DNA of 60,557 nucleotides, taken from assembly GCA_965603565.1 (NCBI GenBank), contig CBFDDM010000002.1, forward strand, positions 1-60,557, written 5' to 3'. Position numbers and translations under genes: made by a program. Positions 56,157 through 60,557 of this stretch are shown piece by piece. Positions within the stretch are counted from its first letter, which is position 1, and every line of letters starts with the position of its first letter. This DNA comes from an uncultured Anaerolineales bacterium. Lineage in GTDB: Bacteria > Chloroflexota > Anaerolineae > Anaerolineales > E44-bin32. The notes under the pieces are model-generated. The model saw nothing but the letters and a program-made list of their open reading frames with translations. It was not told the origin of the DNA and searched no databases.

Positions 56157-56609
56157 TTATTCGGTCACGCTCAGCGGTTGTTTATCTCTCTGAGTCATTG
56201 TTTCGGGAAGGTCTGCAATTTCTTGTAGTTGTGCGATCAGCTTGTCGCTCGTCGTGGCGCGGTTGTTGATCTTGCGCGGCCGGCCGAGCGGGTCGATCAG
56301 GAAGGTCGTCGGCACGCTCAATACCGCCCACTGGTTGGCCAGGCGTGTGTTCTCGGTTGCGTCGAACTCGAAGATCTGCACGCTGTCCCTGAATTGTTCG
56401 CGGATTTTTTCAAGCGCAGGGCGCTGGATTGTCTTGCATGGCACACATCCGGGTGCAGTGAAAAACAGAACCGCCGGCCGGCCGGGTTCAAATCCTTCAA
56501 ATCCCAGGCCGCGCCGGGTGCGCCGACGCAGCAGCACACGCTGCCCGACCAGATAGAGGGCGGCGGTACTCAGGATAATGATAATGAGAACTGCAATTCG
56601 TTCCAACAT
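56157..56609 (-). CDS. Membrane-anchored thioredoxin-fold protein
   Basis: N-terminal TM helix, then FFTAPGCVPCK (CxxC) thioredoxin motif. Confidence 0.75.
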   Translation of the reverse strand: MLERIAVLIIIILSTAALYLVGQRVLLRRRTRRGLGFEGFEPGRPAVLFFTAPGCVPCKTIQRPALEKIREQFRDSVQIFEFDATENTRLANQWAVLSVPTTFLIDPLGRPRKINNRATTSDKLIAQLQEIADLPETMTQRDKQPLSVTE

Positions 56610-56615
56610 TTTGCC

Positions 56616-57074
56616 TTACCTGGCTCTTTCAATCGGGGTTTTGTCGAATCCGGGCACACCCCACCGTGCCAACCAGTAATAGAGCGTGCAGCCCATGCAG
56701 AATCCAAGGAAGAGATTCAGGCCTGCCAGAAAGATCACGATCATCGTAAATATCCAACCGAAGGCGTTCACATTCAATAGAAAACCTAGCGAACCGGCAA
56801 GCAGCATAATCGCTCCCAAAAGTTGAGCGAAGCGGTGGGGTTCATGATGATCCGGCTGCGGATCTGGTCGGATCAGCCCGATGGCTTGCAGTAGACGGTA
56901 GATCGGTAGGAAAGCTGGCTTGCCAATCAATGCCCCGATCATCATCGGTGCCCCGCAGATGAAAACCAGCAATGGTAGATCACCAGTGTACGCTGTCACC
57001 AGGGCGGCGATGATAACAGCCTGGTTTGTACGCAGGGCGTTGTGATCCACGTGCTCGACTTGTGCCTGCTTCAT
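56616..57074 (-). CDS. DUF4395-like integral membrane protein
   Basis: 152 aa with 4 TM. LRTNQAVIIAAL... and GFCMGCTLYYWL features resemble DUF4395. Confidence 0.55.
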   Translation of the reverse strand: MKQAQVEHVDHNALRTNQAVIIAALVTAYTGDLPLLVFICGAPMMIGALIGKPAFLPIYRLLQAIGLIRPDPQPDHHEPHRFAQLLGAIMLLAGSLGFLLNVNAFGWIFTMIVIFLAGLNLFLGFCMGCTLYYWLARWGVPGFDKTPIERAR

Positions 57075-57113
57075 TACCTTGCCGCCTTTCTCAGCGAGAT
57101 ACAGAGCTTGATA

Positions 57114-57395
57114 TTAAGATGTTGAACCGCCAGCGATGCTGGGGATGATCATCAAGCGATCCCCGTCACTGATCGGGGTTTCTTCTCCCTCCAGGTTGCG
57201 CACATCTTCATCGTTTAAAAACACGTTGACATAGGAACGCAGCTGCTCACCCTCATCGAAGAGATGCGTTTGTACGGAGGGGAACTGGCGGGCGAGTTCG
57301 CGCATGGCCTCGCCGACCGTATCACCTGAAACCTGGACTTCTTTCTCGCCTCCAGTGTAGGTTCGCAGTGGAGTAGGGATGCGAATATTGTTCAT
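57114..57395 (-). CDS. cysO: MoaD/ThiS-family sulfur carrier protein (CysO-like) with GG-STS C-terminal extension
   Basis: 93-aa beta-grasp protein ending ...IIPSIAGGSTS. Located between the JAMM protease and moeZ genes. Confidence 0.8.
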   Translation of the reverse strand: MNNIRIPTPLRTYTGGEKEVQVSGDTVGEAMRELARQFPSVQTHLFDEGEQLRSYVNVFLNDEDVRNLEGEETPISDGDRLMIIPSIAGGSTS

Positions 57396-57429
57396 TCTGT
57401 TGGCTCCTCAACGTTCGTTAGAACGGATC

Positions 57430-57852
57430 TCAATAGTGTCGATCTTCTTCAATAAAACCTGTGCGGTCATCGTTCAACCGCCAGCAGCGTGATTCAACCG
57501 CTTCGCCGTTCTGTACGCTTATGATCAAATATGAGAACCACGGAAGCGCCCACTCCAGATCGAAGCTGGAGGGTACCGGCGGGTGGTTCGGGTGCGAATG
57601 AAAGATTCCGAGGATGTCAAAACCGTGCTCATCAGCATATTCCTCGGCTGCGAGCATATCCCCAGGCTCAATCATGTAACGTCGCAGGCGTTGGTCGGCA
57701 TCGAATTCGTTCGACTGGGGCAGCGCAGCCTCGATGATGCGCACCTGACCTTGCTCACGGCCAAGCAGAAAGCCGGCGCCCTCTTCCGGGTAGGCGTTCT
57801 GAGTATGGGCGCGTATATCAGCGGAAGCGCGTTCAGACAGCCGGATCGTCAT
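57430..57852 (-). CDS. mec: JAMM/MPN+ metalloprotease (Mec-like)
   Basis: YPEEGAGFL (E site) and HSHPNHPPVPSSFD (JAMM motif HxHx7Sx2D). Overlaps the cysM stop by 4 nt. Confidence 0.85.
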   Translation of the reverse strand: MTIRLSERASADIRAHTQNAYPEEGAGFLLGREQGQVRIIEAALPQSNEFDADQRLRRYMIEPGDMLAAEEYADEHGFDILGIFHSHPNHPPVPSSFDLEWALPWFSYLIISVQNGEAVESRCWRLNDDRTGFIEEDRHY

Positions 57853-58802
57853 TCCGCCCTCCAGAAAGGCTGGGATAGATATTTTATCCCCGAGTCAGGC
57901 AGGAGCACGACAAGCACGCCACTCTTCAAGTCCACCGCGATTTCGTATGCAGCCAGCACGGCCGCGGCAGCAGAGACGCCGACAAATAGACCTTCCTTCT
58001 GGGTGAGCTGCTTGAGCATGTCATAGGTCGGCTCGGTGGCGATATCCCGCACCTCATCGACTACACCGGGGTCATAAATCTGGGGCACATCTACCGAGGG
58101 CAAGTGCTTCAAGCCCTCCAGGCCATGGAATGGACCATCCGGTTGTACACCGATGATCTCGATCCCGGGATTGCGCTGCTTGAGGTACCGGCCTGTCCCG
58201 GTGATTGTGCCGGTCGTGCCCATGCCGGCGATGAAATGCGTGACAGTTCCGTGAGTCTGCTCGTAGACCTCCGGACCGGTCGTATCAAAATGTGCCTGCC
58301 AGTTGGCGGGATTGCTGTACTGGTCTGCGTAGTAATATCGGTCGGCGTGAGTGTGGGCGATCTCAAGCGCAGTTTCGTGTGCACCTTCTGATCCTTCTAA
58401 TGGGTCGGTCAGCGTAAGGTGGGCACCGAGGCTGCGCAGGATCGCCAGCCTCTCAGGTGTGGCATTTTCCGGGATGGCTAACTCGATTGGTACGCCGAGC
58501 GCTGCACCGAGTGTTGCGTAAGCAATGCCCATATTTCCGGAAGTCGAATCGAGAAGGATCATGCCTTCGGACAGATACCCGTTTCTCAAGGCACGGTCAA
58601 GGATCGCCACCGCAGGTCGGTCCTTGACCGATCCGCTGGGGTTGAACCACTCAGCCTTGGCGAGTATCCTGACTTCGTCCCGAAGGCGACCAGCGAAGAG
58701 ATTGTCTAAAGGCACCAGTGGGGTCTTGCCGACAAGGTCCCAGATTCTGGGACGGCCCTTGGTGCGAATATTCAATTTTGCTGTACCTTCGATGTAGGTC
58801 AT
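57849..58802 (-). CDS. cysM: Cysteine synthase CysM-type PLP enzyme (CysO-thiocarboxylate/O-phosphoserine-type by context)
   Basis: NPSGSVKDRPA (PLP lysine), SSGNMGIA and GTTGTITG motifs. GGAG lies before ATG 58802. The track ORF extends to 58868. Confidence 0.85.
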   Translation of the reverse strand: MTYIEGTAKLNIRTKGRPRIWDLVGKTPLVPLDNLFAGRLRDEVRILAKAEWFNPSGSVKDRPAVAILDRALRNGYLSEGMILLDSTSGNMGIAYATLGAALGVPIELAIPENATPERLAILRSLGAHLTLTDPLEGSEGAHETALEIAHTHADRYYYADQYSNPANWQAHFDTTGPEVYEQTHGTVTHFIAGMGTTGTITGTGRYLKQRNPGIEIIGVQPDGPFHGLEGLKHLPSVDVPQIYDPGVVDEVRDIATEPTYDMLKQLTQKEGLFVGVSAAAAVLAAYEIAVDLKSGVLVVLLPDSGIKYLSQPFWRAE

Positions 58803-59049
58803 GCTGAACTCCAATTGAAACAAAACAACAGACGGTCGTGACAACGGGGGAAGCGCGTTGAAAAGCACTTCCGGGCACGCATATGGCAGCGCGGGAGCAT
58901 GTCACGGCTCGTCTGTTGTCGTAATTAATGGAGAAAAAGGATCTTGCTAGATTTCTGGAACAAGAGACGAGGTGATCAGCGCCCCCGCCTCGAACATGTG
59001 CAGTGATCCATAACGGTACCTACCCACTAGAATATATATGAATATCTTG
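58803..59049 (-). promoter_or_regulatory. Long structured 5' leader of the cysM operon (unclassified attenuator/riboswitch candidate)
   Basis: About 245 nt between the predicted TSS and ATG. GACAACAGACGAGCCGUGAC (58920-58901) pairs with GUCACGACCGUCUGUUGU (58841-58824), then UUUGUUU follows just before the RBS. Contains the mini-ORF MDHCTCSRRGR (59011-58976). Confidence 0.45.
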
Positions 59050-59055
59050 ATGAAT

Positions 59056-59083
59056 ATTATACAATTTAAGTGGTATGTGTCAA
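59056..59083 (-). promoter_or_regulatory. Consensus sigma70 promoter of cysM operon
   Basis: Minus strand: TTGACA (59083-59078), 16-nt spacer, TATAAT (59061-59056). Confidence 0.65.
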
Positions 59084-59184
59084 GTTGTGCGGCAAATCAC
59101 AGCAAGGACATAGGTCACATGGTCTGCCATTCGAAAGCACTGCTATAATGGCAGCCCAAGCTTGAAAGGATATGGTGAGAGAGC

Positions 59185-59997
59185 ATGCAGCAGGATTTTG
59201 GACAGCGGAAGATGCGACCGAAATCAGAACCAGCTGGAAAGGAAGTCCTGCGCCATCTTAGCGCGACGCTCATCGTCGCCGCGGTCCTGGCGACCGTTTT
59301 CACCGCCTGGACGCCGGCGAGCCTGAGTCCGGGAGAGATCGCCAGCCAGCTCGCAGCGGCGCTGGAATCCGATCCTGCTGATCCGCTAGTTCCCGCCGTT
59401 GCGCCGGCCCAGTCCATTGAGGACCGCGCCTTACGAGTGGGTATTGTCATCGGACACCTGGGACCCAACCCCTCAACCGGCGCGGATGATCCAGGCAGCA
59501 TCTGTGCAGATGGCTTAACCGAGCTAGAGGTCAATCGGGAGATCGGCATGCGCACGGCGCGTGCGCTGGAAGCAGCGGGGTTCGAAGTTGACGTGCTCGA
59601 GGAATTTGACGAACGGCTCTTTGAGTACCGTGCTGTTGCAATGGTATCTATCCACGCCGACTCATGCCTGCCGATCAACGAATTCGCGACTGGATATAAA
59701 GTCGCCAGCGCGCTCGACACGGTCGTGCCGGACCGAGCCCAGCGTCTCGTCGATTGCGTCGTCGATCGCTATGCCAAGGCGACCGGCATGACATTTCATG
59801 CGGGCAGCATAACGCGCGATATGACCGAGTATCACACTTTCCGTGAAATCCACAGTCAGACACCTGCCGCGATCATCGAGACTGGCTTCCTATACCTAGA
59901 TCGCGACTTCCTGCTTTCGAACCCTGAAAAAGCCGCCCGCGGGATCGCTGATGGTGTGCTTTGCTATGTGAACAACGAACCGGCCAATGTGCCGTAA
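59185..59997 (+). CDS. N-acetylmuramoyl-L-alanine amidase (Amidase_3) with N-terminal TM anchor
   Basis: VGIVIGH, E(L)EVN...ARAL and SIHADS motifs of AmiA/B/C-type amidases. Confidence 0.8.
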   Translation: MQQDFGQRKMRPKSEPAGKEVLRHLSATLIVAAVLATVFTAWTPASLSPGEIASQLAAALESDPADPLVPAVAPAQSIEDRALRVGIVIGHLGPNPSTGADDPGSICADGLTELEVNREIGMRTARALEAAGFEVDVLEEFDERLFEYRAVAMVSIHADSCLPINEFATGYKVASALDTVVPDRAQRLVDCVVDRYAKATGMTFHAGSITRDMTEYHTFREIHSQTPAAIIETGFLYLDRDFLLSNPEKAARGIADGVLCYVNNEPANVP

Positions 59998-60008
59998 GGT
60001 AGTGTTTT

Positions 60009-60557
60009 GTGAATTCTGATCCGCGCACGGATGAATATTTCCGTCACTCGTTGAGCGCCGCCAAGCAGGCGCTGCGTAATGGCGATACCTGGTCTGCCCG
60101 CAAGCACGCGCGCGAAGCCGTTAGATTCAACCCGCGGTCAGAAAAAGCCTGGTTGATACTTGCTGGCGTATCCGATCCACGTTCGGGACTGGCGTATGCT
60201 GCCCGGGCGCTGGAGATCAACCCACGTAGCGAGAGCGCTCGTCAAGCCATACGTTACCTGGCGCGCTTGCTGCCAGCTCATGACCGGCGCGAAGCGCTCC
60301 GCGAGGCGAGCATCCCCGAAGGACTGGTTCCAGACATCATCCCGGCAGATCACATCGCACACCGCCGCGTGCTGCCGTTAAGGGTGCTGGTGGCGGCACT
60401 GCTGCTGGCAGGCGCGGTCGGCCTATACTTTGGGCGTAAACCAGCCGCAGCGCTGCAGCCACAGACCGTCGGCAACCCGGTGGAGAAAGCGACGATGACC
60501 GCGACGCCAACGTCCACATCCACCCCGACGCCAACACCAACGCCTACGCCTACGCCT
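60009..60557 (+). CDS. TPR-like/TM protein with Thr-Pro repeat linker (3' truncated by window end)
   Basis: The frame is open from GTG 60009 to the window end and is absent from the track because it has no stop. Reads ...NPRSEKAWLILAGVS...ALEINPRSESARQAI, then TM VLVAALLLAGAVGLYF, then TPTSTSTPTPTPTPTPTP. Confidence 0.55.
   Translation, partial: MNSDPRTDEYFRHSLSAAKQALRNGDTWSARKHAREAVRFNPRSEKAWLILAGVSDPRSGLAYAARALEINPRSESARQAIRYLARLLPAHDRREALREASIPEGLVPDIIPADHIAHRRVLPLRVLVAALLLAGAVGLYFGRKPAAALQPQTVGNPVEKATMTATPTSTSTPTPTPTPTPTP

Noticed and set aside
58925-59049. SAM-I/S-box, SAM-IV, SAH riboswitch or T-box in the cysM leader
   Set aside because: The diagnostic cores are not present (GAGGGA...GCAACC...GGUGCCAA for SAM-I, the AGAGA/specifier architecture for T-box). 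The GGGUAGGUACCGU stretch lies right at the 5' end with no Stem I upstream.
1-60557. CRISPR arrays, tRNA or rRNA genes
   Set aside because: Intergenic regions were read on both strands. I saw no regularly spaced direct repeats, no tRNA cloverleaf/GTTCGAATC-type T-arm motifs, and no rRNA-like segments. The only tandem repeat is the coding Thr-Pro tract at the 3' edge.

Overview
About 60.6 kb of GC-rich, gene-dense bacterial chromosome. RNase Y, a T-box leader, a family II CBS-pyrophosphatase, F420 genes and Thr/Pro linkers suggest a monoderm-type lineage such as Chloroflexota (inference only). (1) 81-26950 (+) is a 23-gene co-directional super-operon. Its largest internal gap is about 150 nt and many genes have 1-4 nt start/stop overlaps. 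It holds three paralogous xanthine-dehydrogenase-family molybdenum hydroxylases with three different subunit-fusion layouts. It also holds two ring-opening amidohydrolases (hydantoinase, SsnA-like), a Nudix hydrolase, an AMP-nucleosidase-like protein with an unrecognised N-terminal domain, and the maturation set XdhC + YqeB + YqeC::MocA. YqeB/YqeC are the comparative-genomics markers of selenium-dependent Mo hydroxylases. Nested in the middle is a coenzyme F420 module: Fno, CofE, PPOX-class enzyme, FbiB-C-like nitroreductase, CofD, CofC, LLM oxidoreductase. This merger of F420 genes with Se/Mo-hydroxylase genes is my best candidate for an undescribed system. (2) 27-38.4 kb is an accessory mix: ICMT-type methyltransferase, SDR, a second LLM enzyme, an AfsR-like BTAD/NB-ARC/TPR regulator, DinB, MORN, DUF1801 (one copy broken by an in-frame TAG), DUF1697 and PhnB-like proteins. 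(3) 38.5-48.7 kb is housekeeping: aspS behind an attenuator leader, a promoter-to-terminator ncRNA with 6S-RNA-like architecture, recA-recX-rny, a response regulator, and PDH-type E1alpha/E1beta/E2. (4) 48.8-52.9 kb holds a lipoprotein, then an IS3 OrfA remnant plus a sulfatase-like membrane protein bracketed by inverted ~40-nt repeats, then a hairpin-rich REP-like spacer. (5) 52.9-59.1 kb (-) holds a Trp-specific T-box upstream of trpB2. It also holds a CysO sulfur-carrier cysteine operon (cysM-mec-cysO-DUF4395-thioredoxin-moeZ) behind a consensus promoter and a ~245-nt structured leader. (6) The window ends with a cell-wall amidase and a truncated TPR/TM/Thr-Pro-repeat protein. I found no rRNA, tRNA or CRISPR. 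All family calls rest on motif recognition by eye and no database search was run.
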